64,000 bases of DNA, from assembly GCA_051599415.1 (NCBI GenBank), contig AP039701.1, positions 186,001-250,000 on the forward strand, written 5' to 3'. This document shows positions 21,636 to 31,634 of this stretch, in pieces (position 1 is the first letter of the stretch; every line of letters begins with the position of its first letter). The notes under the pieces were generated by a model. It was given only the letters and a program-made list of their open reading frames with translations. It was not told the origin of the DNA and did not search any database. The position numbers and the translations under genes are program-made. The stretch is from Savitreella phatthalungensis. Taxonomy: Eukaryota.

Positions 21636-24365
21636 TTAGAGGTGGAACTCTGAGAGGAAGGACTGCGGGTTGAGGATGATTGGTGCTGCGATGTGACAAC
21701 CTAGCATCCAGGCGATTGGTAGAACGACTGTGAGTTCCCTGATCTGCCACTGTGAGGGGACGGCGAAGGCGACGATGACGAGACCTAGGGCGAGCGTGAC
21801 CCAGACGGCGTAGTAGTACTTGAACCTGCGCCAGATCATCGGCAGCTCGCGGAAGAAGTGTGATTGTTCGAGCGTCTTGGCAGTGGCACCCCACCTGATC
21901 GGGATCTCGAACAGGTGGCAGATGAGTGGGACGGTGATGTGCATGGAGAGTCCGCCGAAGAAGACTGCGAGCAGGGTGATGTACTTCATGTTCTCGAACA
22001 GCGCCACAAACAGGTTGCCTCGACCTGTGCGGAAGCGGAAGATGGCGTTGATCACGGGCGTGAAGACGTTGAAGACGACGAGCGTCGACAGCAGAATCGA
22101 GAATGCCGACTGGTACAGGTTCGTGATGTTGACGTTGTACCAGCCGATCAGGAAGTAGTTGATCACCGCCAGCGGCCACCACGAAGCGATGGCGTAGTAT
22201 GTGCCCATGTACGCGAGCATCGTCAGCTTCGAGAAGCCACGAATCGTGCGTGTGCGCAGGAAGGCGCGGAAAAGTGGTGTGAACGGACCACGGATCACCC
22301 AGAAACGGAGTGGGTGGAACATGAGCTCAGACACGCCGTACGCGTACTTCTGCCAACGTGAGATCTCATCGTACACGGTAAGGGAAACGCCTTCCTTGAA
22401 TGCGCCGTTGCTGTAGGATGCCATGCGGACGAGGTAGCCGAGGTTCTGGAGTTTCAGGGAGAGTTCGAAATCTTCAGAGACGTGGCGTTCTGACCAGTAC
22501 TTGGTGGAGCCTTCCTCTTCCCAGGCCAGTTCCTGGACGGCTGACCAGCGGAGGAAAGCGTTGTGGCCGACGAATGGAGCGACGTCGCCGTTCGCGCAAG
22601 CCCACATCATCGAGCTTGTCACGAATCGGGTGAAGTGAGCCATCGTGTCTTCCCAAAAGTTGTTGACGACCTGGAAAGCGTCGTTGCTGTGCTGGAGGAT
22701 TGCGAGTTCGGGCGAGATGTGGAATTCGGTGGCGGCGTCGAGGAAACAGTCGTTCGGGACACGCGTGTCGGCGTCAACCAGGAGAATCAGGTCACCGACA
22801 CGGCAGTTGCCATCAGCTTCCGCTCCAGCGCTCTCCGCCAGCGTCTCGCGCAGGCACCGATCGTACTCCTGCAATTCGAGCACGTCCGACCAGCCTTCCG
22901 TGCGCTGAACCTGCTCGAGCTTCATTTCGATGCGGTTGGCAAAGTCGAGTGCGTAGTTCATGTTTGAGGCCTTCTTGAACTTACCGGCACGCACGAAACC
23001 GTCCTTGCCGTCCGGAGGACGTGCGATGTAGCCGATACCGTGCATCTTGTAGTATGCAAGACGCTTCTGGCGCTCCGACATTGGCAGCAGCTGCAGACCG
23101 TCCTCACAAACGAGAATCGAAGCTGTTCCGCCTTGTAGCTCGTAGGTGCGAATGGCCTCGCTGATTGACTCGAATGTGTGCGACAGCACCTTCTCGAGGT
23201 CCTCCTTGTAGACAGGGCATTGGATCGTGATGTGTGGGAGCTCGGATGACTGCTTGATCACCGGTGCAACGCCAGAGTAGTACTTGGAGTTTGTGTTGAG
23301 CTGAGAGATCGGTCCGAAGAGCTGGAAGATGAGTGATGCGATGAGGTATGCGAAGAAAGAAGAGAAGAAGAACAGAAGCGGGAAGTAGAGAACGATACCG
23401 ATGGCGATGTAGTTGCCCTCCGCACGAATCTGTTTCACCACCTCGTGAATCTCATTACCGAAGAAGACAGCAAGGGCAAGGAGGGCGACGGCGACAATCA
23501 TGGCCTGCACGAAAGGCTCCTTGCGCTCGACCTCCATCGCGCCCTCGAGATCGACGATAGTCACGTGTGCTGCAGACACGGCCTTCTCCTTCTCGTTCTG
23601 AAGAGCATTCTTGCTCCGCTTCTTGCTCGACCAGACCAAGTTGACCATCTTCTTCTCTAGCTCCTCGGCGAACGGCACGAGCGTCGCCGCGTCGTCTGAC
23701 CACACAAGCATGCTGCCTGTCTCAACGATCAGGGCGGCAAACTGGTGACGACGGAGGGAATGCACGTCCGCATAGCTCTGGAGCACCTGAATCTGTGTCG
23801 AAGAGTCGAGCGGAATCTGGCGGACTGTGGGCAGAACGTGCTTGAGCAGAGTCGTAGTGATCTTGTTGGTCATCTGCATGATGACCTGGCACTGAAGGTG
23901 GCCGGCAATGTCGACGAGACTGATTCCCTCATCATCCTGAACTGCCTCCTCTGGCGATGGTGCTGTCAGATAAGGAATGAGTGAAAGTTCTTCCTGTGAC
24001 TGGGCGTACGAGTCCGAGCCCTGGGCGCGCAATGCTACCTTGACTTCGCTGTCTTGAGCGAGCTTGAACCAGCCATTGTTGCGGCATCGCTTGTACAAGT
24101 GACGCAGCATCAGCTGGTTCTGGTACGATTGCTCCCAGCGCTTTTCGCCGAAATCAAAGATGGAGCTCGGGCGAGAGCTGTCAACTTCGCTCGGAGCGTT
24201 CGAGCGCAGAAATCCGTGGATCATCTCATTCTGAGCAGCACTGAGGTCGGAAGGCACGGGAGGAACGAGTCCAGATGGCGTGCCATTGGTCGTCGACGAT
24301 GCATCAGGTGAGTCTTGCGGGTTCGGCGTCAGCTTCTTGAAGCCCACCTTGTTGAGAAAGCCCAT
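21636..24365 (-). CDS. GT2 processive glycosyltransferase / polysaccharide-synthase-like, paralog C (909 aa from the first ATG)
   Basis: The ORF-track start at 24431 is TTG; the first ATG is at 24365 (MGFLNK). PHITIQCPVYKE, CEDG, FKKASNMN, VDAD, FVGHNAFLRW, VSEDF, EISRW; multi-TM. Confidence 0.9.
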   Translation of the reverse strand: MGFLNKVGFKKLTPNPQDSPDASSTTNGTPSGLVPPVPSDLSAAQNEMIHGFLRSNAPSEVDSSRPSSIFDFGEKRWEQSYQNQLMLRHLYKRCRNNGWFKLAQDSEVKVALRAQGSDSYAQSQEELSLIPYLTAPSPEEAVQDDEGISLVDIAGHLQCQVIMQMTNKITTTLLKHVLPTVRQIPLDSSTQIQVLQSYADVHSLRRHQFAALIVETGSMLVWSDDAATLVPFAEELEKKMVNLVWSSKKRSKNALQNEKEKAVSAAHVTIVDLEGAMEVERKEPFVQAMIVAVALLALAVFFGNEIHEVVKQIRAEGNYIAIGIVLYFPLLFFFSSFFAYLIASLIFQLFGPISQLNTNSKYYSGVAPVIKQSSELPHITIQCPVYKEDLEKVLSHTFESISEAIRTYELQGGTASILVCEDGLQLLPMSERQKRLAYYKMHGIGYIARPPDGKDGFVRAGKFKKASNMNYALDFANRIEMKLEQVQRTEGWSDVLELQEYDRCLRETLAESAGAEADGNCRVGDLILLVDADTRVPNDCFLDAATEFHISPELAILQHSNDAFQVVNNFWEDTMAHFTRFVTSSMMWACANGDVAPFVGHNAFLRWSAVQELAWEEEGSTKYWSERHVSEDFELSLKLQNLGYLVRMASYSNGAFKEGVSLTVYDEISRWQKYAYGVSELMFHPLRFWVIRGPFTPLFRAFLRTRTIRGFSKLTMLAYMGTYYAIASWWPLAVINYFLIGWYNVNITNLYQSAFSILLSTLVVFNVFTPVINAIFRFRTGRGNLFVALFENMKYITLLAVFFGGLSMHITVPLICHLFEIPIRWGATAKTLEQSHFFRELPMIWRRFKYYYAVWVTLALGLVIVAFAVPSQWQIRELTVVLPIAWMLGCHIAAPIILNPQSFLSEFHL

Positions 24366-24813
24366 GGCGTCGAGGCGTGAGCAGGACGAGATGGTGTCCT
24401 GTCTTGTCGATAGAGGTGGTGTCTTGTACAATGGAGGTGTGTCGATGTCGGTCGTGGATGTCGAGTCACGAGCGGTATGGACAAGGCAGGGGCTTTAGGA
24501 AGGACGAGTGGCAGGTAGATGAGTGATCAATTTCTCCCTCTTGCACGATCGCGCTCTCTATGCAAGTCCTGGGAAATCGATCTGGGTGTACCACAAATAA
24601 GGGTATGTGCGCCGTTGGAAAGAGTTACCTGAAGGTAGATGAGAGTAAGTGAGGTTTAGCGTCATAGAGCCGAGTACCGGCTGTCATTCTGAACCCCTTG
24701 GCTATCCTTGTTACGGTTTTATGTCTTAAAAAAGTAGCGCGCGCGTGCGTACCCGAGGATGCGCATTTTGCACTTGCGTCTGTGCCGTCCCGTGAAAGAG
24801 AGCTGTGCGGCTC

Positions 24814-24834
24814 TGTACTGTACTGTACTGTACT
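24814..24834. repeat. (TGTAC)4 pentanucleotide repeat
   Basis: tgtactgtactgtactgtact. Confidence 0.7.
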
Positions 24835-25553
24835 CACTCGTCGATGTGGCTTCAAGTGAGTCAAACTGAAATGTCGAGCAAGAGAACCGTGCTCAAGGGA
24901 GCGTTGTCTGAAAGGGTTTCAGTGGTAAACGAGGATTCAGCTGGTGTTTGAGCTTGGTTAGAATATGATTCAGTTTTGGCAGGGTGGCTGCATTAGAAGC
25001 GCCACCTGATCAAATTCCCACAAAGGCAATCAATTCGATTTCTTCTTTTAACTCAACTTTGAATCATCTCTCATTGACACTAAAGTAGCACATCACCGGG
25101 TCAGACAGGGGCGCTCAGGCAGTGTAGTAATATGACAGCAATCACATCGCAGTTTACCTCTTGTCAATGTTGATCTGGTACACTTCAAGCGAGGATCTTT
25201 GTCTTTTTCCATGGCAGAACACCATTTGTCGGTCGGTCTCTACAGGGTTATTTGCGAAATCTGTCAGAGTCTAGATCTGAATCATTGCAGATTCTGTTGA
25301 GAAGAGAATGACAATCCAAGCACAATGATTGCTCTGACACGACACGACGATCTATCTCGCATCAGACCTTCGTGCTCGGGAAGTGTCTCATTAGAGGGAT
25401 AAGAAGTATTGATGTAATTCAAAGAAAGGCTGATAAGGATAAGAAGGAAGAGTAAGTTGAATAGAGATTGCGTGATTCGTGGGTCGAGATTGTTGAAGAG
25501 TGATAGATGGAATGAATATGATCATTCTCTCTGGTCCCATAGATTTGTTTCAA

Positions 25554-25622
25554 TCTCCTCCTCCTTCTCCTCCTCCTCCTCCTTCTTCTTCTTCTCCTTC
25601 TTCGAACTCGTTCTTCTCCTCC
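25554..25622. repeat. CT-rich (CTC/CTT)n tract in the GT2-C/GH16 intergenic region
   Basis: ctcctcctccttctcctcctcctcctccttcttcttcttctccttc. Confidence 0.75.
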
Positions 25623-26697
25623 TAAACCTACGTGCGTATGAATGAAGATTGATAGAAATTGATTCACATGCGAGATTGATCGACATTTTAAGCGATTTAC
25701 CGATTTGTAACGGTCACAAATATGATTTCGGACATTTTTATCAGAATCTGGTTTCACAGGATCGATCAAATTCATATACCATCACTTAAACTTTTAATTG
25801 ATCTCCTTGCAAATCTTATGTCGAATTTTCAGCCACAGTGTCAGAAACTGCTTCCCGAGAAAGAGATGATCAAATTGAAGATTTTGAATTACAGCAAGAA
25901 GCAGCAGCAGCAGCAGTAGCAGCCGACAGGTGGATGTGGTATGATGTACCTCGATTTTATTCATTCATTCATGCATGCAAGCCACTCTCTGGCGTCAGCT
26001 CAATCGATCAAATTCCCAAAAGAGAAAGAAAGGTAGAAACGACTGTAAGAAAGTGGAAAAAGTAAATTTAAATTCATGTAATAGAGACTAGATTGTCTGT
26101 CAAAGTGAAGCCTTCAATTTAGGTAGAACTCCTGGCTGCTGTTGAGTTACCCGCATATCCATGGGCAGTTACAAACCAAGCCCTTCAGCGCTCTGTGACT
26201 TTGACCTCCCCGACGAACGAGAACGCATCACAATGTAAGACAAATTGCTCAGCCAAACGATGCGGCAGCCCGCCCAGCTGATAGTTTTTGTCTATCAAGT
26301 TCTCACTGTGGTCAGACCGGTCTTACAATGGTCCATCATATCGGCTACAGTAGCGTCTGATATGATTCCTTCTTGTCTTAGCCGATCACGCTTTACTTTA
26401 CAGCACAGTCTCATGCGCGTCCGTGCTTGACTTGAGGCATCCTTCATGTCTCATTGAAAAGAGTTTGATCGCGCTCGCTTCCTATCAAGAATAGCCCTTG
26501 TGCAGGAGCAGCGAGCACTTGCTTGTCTGTGTAGAGATCCTCGATCACAACTTCCTCCTACCTTTTACATCCCTGTAGTTCCTTCATCAGAACGCAGACG
26601 CCCAACGACAAGACACTTCACGACATCAGACACTTCTTCTCATCCACCTACACACATAAGACTCTCTTAGCATTCCTATTCATACAGTAACTACACA

Positions 26698-28125
26698 ATG
26701 TCCTCGCCAGGCACATCGTCGCCAACGATGACGCCGCAGAGCCCGAACGTTCGGACTTCTCGCAATCTCGGTCTACACAAGTCAGGCTCTGGCTTCTTCT
26801 CGGTAGGATCAGGCAGCACTCGACCTGGTTCATTTTACAACGGCGCCAGCTCTCGCGCTAGCTCGTTCATCCTCAACACATCCGCCTACACACGTCCGTT
26901 CAAGTCTCGGAGAATTGACACGGTGAATGAGAAGGCATGGCTGCAGAAGCGGCATTCTGGTTGGAGAAAAGCCGGTACCATCATTCCCTTGATTGGTCTT
27001 TTCTTTTTCCTCGTCATCATCGGTCTCATGGCCTACACGGGATGGCACTCCTATGACACAGAGAAGTTCTGCCCGTATTGGGAGGACGACTTTTCGTCTG
27101 GTCAGCTTGACAGCAACGTGTGGTCGCACGAGGTGCAGCTTGGTGGATTTGGAACAGGTGAATTCGAGCAGACTACCACTTTCTCAAACAATTCTTACAT
27201 TGAGAATGGCAAACTCGTGATCATGCCAACAGTCTCGTGGTACAACGGATTTGACAATTACACGCTCAATCTGACGAGCTCAGGTGAATGCACGAGCGTG
27301 TATGACTCCGATTGCGCTGCGCTCAACAACGCTACCTCAGGCTCGATTCTTCCGCCGGTCCAGTCTGCACGTTTGAACACGCGCAAGGGCGCCAATATCC
27401 GCTATGGAAAGGTGGAGGTGACTGCTCGTCTGCCTGTCGGCGACTGGCTCTGGCCGGCGATCTGGATGATGCCTACAAAGAGCGTCTACGGAGGATGGCC
27501 AATGTCTGGCGAGATTGACATCATGGAGTCTCGCGGAAACGGTCACAACTATTACACTGTCGATGGTGGCAACCCAGGCGTCGACATGAAGCTCAAGCAC
27601 TATCCTGCGGGCAACAATGCCGTGGGCTCGACGCTACACTGGGGCGCCGACTCGAGCAGCAACAAGTTTTACAAGACAACGAACGGCTGGCACTACCCAT
27701 CCAACATCAACGGTCTCACGGACGGCTTCCACACCTACGGTATGGAATGGACACCTCGTGGCATCCGCATGTTTGTCGACCACGAGCTTACGCAGATTGT
27801 GTACTTCAAATTCCCCGACTCTGGCTTCTGGAACTGGGGAGAATTTGCGTCCAACATCATCAACCCGTGGTTCGGCGGAACGAAGGCGACTCCGTTCGAC
27901 CAGGAATTCTACCTAATTCTGAACGTCGCTGTCGGTGGCACCAACGGCTACTTTGCCGACAACGTCGACACAAAGCCATGGACCAACGGTCTCACTCGCG
28001 ACCAGGCCATGACCCAATTCCTACGGGCAAAGGAACGCTGGCTACCGACCTGGGGAGAAGGCACGAAGCGTGCTCTCGTCGTCGACAAGGTCAAGATGTA
28101 CAAGCCATGCAACATGATGAAGTAG
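26698..28125 (+). CDS. GH16 endo-beta-1,3-glucanase/GNBP-like type II membrane protein, catalytic motif intact (475 aa)
   Basis: Ser-rich N-terminal tail, one TM ('IIPLIGLFFFLVIIGLMAY'), 'GGFGTGEFE', 'PPVQSARL', 'GDWLWPAIWMMP', 'WPMSGEIDIMESRGN', 'PFDQEFYLILNVAVGGTNGYF'. Confidence 0.93.
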   Translation: MSSPGTSSPTMTPQSPNVRTSRNLGLHKSGSGFFSVGSGSTRPGSFYNGASSRASSFILNTSAYTRPFKSRRIDTVNEKAWLQKRHSGWRKAGTIIPLIGLFFFLVIIGLMAYTGWHSYDTEKFCPYWEDDFSSGQLDSNVWSHEVQLGGFGTGEFEQTTTFSNNSYIENGKLVIMPTVSWYNGFDNYTLNLTSSGECTSVYDSDCAALNNATSGSILPPVQSARLNTRKGANIRYGKVEVTARLPVGDWLWPAIWMMPTKSVYGGWPMSGEIDIMESRGNGHNYYTVDGGNPGVDMKLKHYPAGNNAVGSTLHWGADSSSNKFYKTTNGWHYPSNINGLTDGFHTYGMEWTPRGIRMFVDHELTQIVYFKFPDSGFWNWGEFASNIINPWFGGTKATPFDQEFYLILNVAVGGTNGYFADNVDTKPWTNGLTRDQAMTQFLRAKERWLPTWGEGTKRALVVDKVKMYKPCNMMK

Positions 28126-28598
28126 ACATTGTCGAGCATGTCGTCAGAACCACTGACGACCTCGACTGAGTTCTCTGTACACTATAGTAGCGGTCTGCCA
28201 ATACACGCCGCACACGTCTCCAGGTGGGCTGTGGGAGGGAGACATATTAGATTGCACGTACGCACACGTGAAGAAATACATAAATTTTGACTTCTCAATA
28301 TTGAGCATCACCCAAAATTATGCATTGCATTGAGCAACTATCCGAATCTGTACCCAGGTGTTCGGTCGCAGTTGATCAGATCAAACAAGTGCTTGCATCC
28401 ATGGAAGGGATTTTGTGAATTCATGCATCAATTCCCCCAAAACCGGATCTTCCCAATCTCGCGCGATATTCTCCGTTGCAACGAGCGGTTCTTGCATTCG
28501 TATCAATCGGCCATCACGCACATAGAAGGCTATTAGTCGATCGACACCTGCAGATTGTATCAGAAAGCTCGCTTTCATATCTTAGATTCTCGAAAGAC

Positions 28599-29243
28599 AT
28601 GGTTTCTGCCGATGACTCCCGCCTGCTCGTGCTCACCCGTCACGGTGAGTCGGAGTGGAACAAGCTGAACCTGTTCACCGGCTGGAAGGACCCTGATCTG
28701 ACCCAGAAGGGTGTTCAGGAGGCTGAAAAGGCTGGTGTTCGATTGCAGAAGAAGGACTTGGGCAAGTTTGACATTGCATTCACGTCTGACCTGCAGCGTG
28801 CTCAGAAGACGTGTGCGCTGATCCTGAAGGGGATCGGCCAGGAGGACCTCCAGACCATCCGAAACCAGGCCCTGAACGAGCGTGACTACGGTGCCCTCTC
28901 GGGCCTGAACAAGGACGACGCGCGGGAGAAGTGGGGCGAGGAGCAAGTGCACATCTGGCGGAGATCTTACGACATCCCACCGCCAGAGGGTGAATCCCTC
29001 AAGATGACCGCAGAGCGCGTTCTCCCTTACTGGGAGAAGGAGATCAAGCCACGCGTCGTCAAGGGCGACAAGGTCTTCATCGCAGCACACGGAAACTCCA
29101 TGCGCGCACTCATCATGGAGCTAGAGGGACTCTCAGGCGAAGAAATCGTCTCAAGAGAACTAGCCACCGGCGTACCCATCGTCTACAAGCTCGACAAGGA
29201 CGGCAACTACGTATCCAAGGAGATTCTCGACTACGACGCCTGA
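28599..29243 (+). CDS. GPM1: Cofactor-dependent phosphoglycerate mutase
   Basis: [30 protein letters not shown] and AAHGNS motifs; first ATG at 28599. Confidence 0.96.
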   Translation: MVSADDSRLLVLTRHGESEWNKLNLFTGWKDPDLTQKGVQEAEKAGVRLQKKDLGKFDIAFTSDLQRAQKTCALILKGIGQEDLQTIRNQALNERDYGALSGLNKDDAREKWGEEQVHIWRRSYDIPPPEGESLKMTAERVLPYWEKEIKPRVVKGDKVFIAAHGNSMRALIMELEGLSGEEIVSRELATGVPIVYKLDKDGNYVSKEILDYDA

Positions 29244-29443
29244 AAATCGGGATCTCCCATCACATAGCTAATACAATCACTTGTTGATACTATCGTCGTG
29301 ATCGGACTACACTGATGAGAGTTCACACCGCGGAACGCTTGAAGTGTCGACGTCGTCATTGAAAACTAGTGGCAATGGTTGTTCAAAGCGTATGCTCTCT
29401 GTCGTACATCTCTAGCAGGTGTGTTGGGCCGACCAAGAGGTAT

Positions 29444-29590
29444 TCAGCCATTGCATGCAGAATACGACCTGCCGTAACACTCAAACAAGCATACAGTGCT
29501 GCTGCAGTCGCAAGTATTACAGTCTTCCTTGCCAGCGACTGCAGTGACGAGCACCGTTGCGGCGAGCACGATTGCCTTCCAGATGTCCAT
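29444..29590 (-). CDS. Tiny secreted cysteine-rich peptide 1 (48 aa); below the ORF-track cutoff
   Basis: MDIWKAIVLAATVLVTAVAG-KEDCNTCDCSSTVCLFECYGRSYSACNG*: signal-peptide-like N-terminus plus 6 Cys with the same spacing as its neighbour; TATATA about 55 nt upstream. Confidence 0.75.
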   Translation of the reverse strand: MDIWKAIVLAATVLVTAVAGKEDCNTCDCSSTVCLFECYGRSYSACNG

Positions 29591-29911
29591 CTTCTTCTGC
29601 TTGTGTGTGTTGAATATTGGTGAGTCATGCCGGACGACTCTCTGTATATATGACCGACAAATGCAGGCGAGGTCGGAGCTCGGCCTTCAGTCGCCGCTCC
29701 GAGGCACGTAATCTACCTCCTATCCCAGCGATCTGCGACACCGTGCATAATCAGTGCTACAAAATCACGCACAAGCAATTAGACGATCACCTCTCACCTC
29801 CAATTACCACGCATTTCGGCGGTGATCAGTCAACGCACGTTGTGTTGCACGGGATTGATTGATTGTTTTTGAGTGCGCGTGAGCTGTCGGGAGTGCTAGC
29901 ACTCACTTTTG

Positions 29912-30106
29912 TTACCTTCCTGTAGGATTCGGGTGGATGGTGCCCTGGTTGCGACGGAGCTCGCAAGTGTCGTCATCGCCGCCGAAGCACGCATTCAGGC
30001 AAGACTGAGAGCTGCAGCTGCAAGAACTACAGTCCTCCGCAGCAGCAACCGTTTGAACCTGAGCGATGATTGTTGTAAGAGCCACCGCAAAGATTGACCA
30101 CTTCAT
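29912..30106 (-). CDS. Tiny secreted cysteine-rich peptide 2 (64 aa)
   Basis: MKWSIFAVALTTIIAQVQTVAA-AEDCSSCSCSSQSCLNACFGGDDDTCELRRNQGTIHPNPTGR*; TATAAAA on the minus strand at about 30165-30171. Confidence 0.78.
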   Translation of the reverse strand: MKWSIFAVALTTIIAQVQTVAAAEDCSSCSCSSQSCLNACFGGDDDTCELRRNQGTIHPNPTGR

Positions 30107-31634
30107 GTTGCTGGTTGTGTTTTCGAGATTCGGTTGACAGTTGTGACTCAGCACGTCAATCGCCTTTTATATCTTTCAACACCAGCCATACTCAGCAAGA
30201 GCTCCACCCCATGTAGATACACTAGTTATGTAAGCATAGATCCATGTGGCAATTACATGCCGAATACGTCAATCGAGGGGGAGCTTTAGTGTGTTCTCGA
30301 ATGACGATCGCTAATAGCATCTTGACCGATCCTCGGGGGTGATGACCCGTCTGCGACACAAACGATACATTCTCATCTCAGATTCAAAGAGATTTCGACT
30401 CGAGGCGCAGCGAGCTATCAACCGTCTGGCGACAGCATCCCGATCGATCGCCGAGATGTCCGCTCGGGTTTTACTTGAATTCCGAAACGTGGCAATGCGT
30501 GCCTTTGTATGCGGTTTGTCATTTGGTGGCGCAAGGGCTCTTTCGACATAATCGATTCACTAGGTCATTGAGGTTCACGAGGCAAACTAATGCTTTATTA
30601 AAGCTGCGACCTAGGCTGATGGCAGTCAAAATGGTCATCTCGGCTGAGATCTTGCCTATGAACACGATGGCTGTATTGATATCGATGTAAACGCGTTCAT
30701 GATCAACCCATTGAAACATCTTCGTACAGCCGCACGACCTAGACAAAGAGTATGTCAGGCAATCTCGCAGATCGGACATCACAAAAAGCCAGGAGCTATC
30801 AAGACGCGGAGAATTCTGTCGGTGAAAGGTTTGAACCCCTGCACAATGCCAGATGTTTGCCCAGTAGGATGCTGGGTGGTTGAGGCAATGGTGGAGTTTA
30901 TCTCAAGCTGGGTATACAGCCTGAGGATGTGTTAATTTACACGTGATGTCGATGCGGTTATTCGAGCGGTCGATCGGGATGAAATTTCACGTTTCAAGTT
31001 CAATCGTATTTGACTAAATGATTGTCATGAGAGAAGAGAAGAAGAAGAAGAGAGAGAGGGAAATCTGGATCAGGTTGAAGATGGGGGGTGAAATTGGAGA
31101 CTTCAATTAATTTAGCTTCTGTTGAAACTGTTTGAAGGTCTGATTCCTGCATTAATTGCATATGATGATTGAACATATGATCCATCGGGGTCAAACCCAA
31201 CGACGTCATCGCCGAAAAAGTGCTACAGTATCTATTTCATGAATCTACAGCGAATTTACTCAAACTTCAGACAGGTCAAAACAAGTGAACAAGCTTCAAA
31301 TGCAGTATAGTACACTACACAGTATAGTAGCAGTACAATACTCCCAAGAGCCAGAGCACCAAAGGCAGCTAGGCAAAAGAGTAAAATACGCGACAACCAA
31401 ATCCCTCCAAATGTCAACGTCCTTAGATCCACATACGTACTCTGACTTCACCAACTCACATTCATAGTCTATACTCATCATAACCTCCACTACACTGCTC
31501 TATCCATTCCACCACATCCTCTGTGCACAACGCAACTCTGCAAACCCCATACAACCAATTCTCGAGCTGAAGCATCACTCAAGAATTTACTAGCGCATCC
31601 ACACTCACTCTGCTGGCACTTACCTAGAGCTGAG

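Noticed and set aside
25419..25775. Poly-Arg ORF
   Set aside because: Arises from the CT-rich simple repeat in an AT-rich intergenic stretch
11506..28125. Horizontal transfer of the GT2/GH16 cluster inferred from the lack of introns
   Set aside because: Most housekeeping genes here are also intronless and no mobile-element flanks are visible; only phylogeny could support transfer
29366..29469. Alternative spliced ending for Cys peptide 1
   Set aside because: The donor is weak (GTCGTA), and the unspliced form already reproduces the paralog's exact Cys spacing
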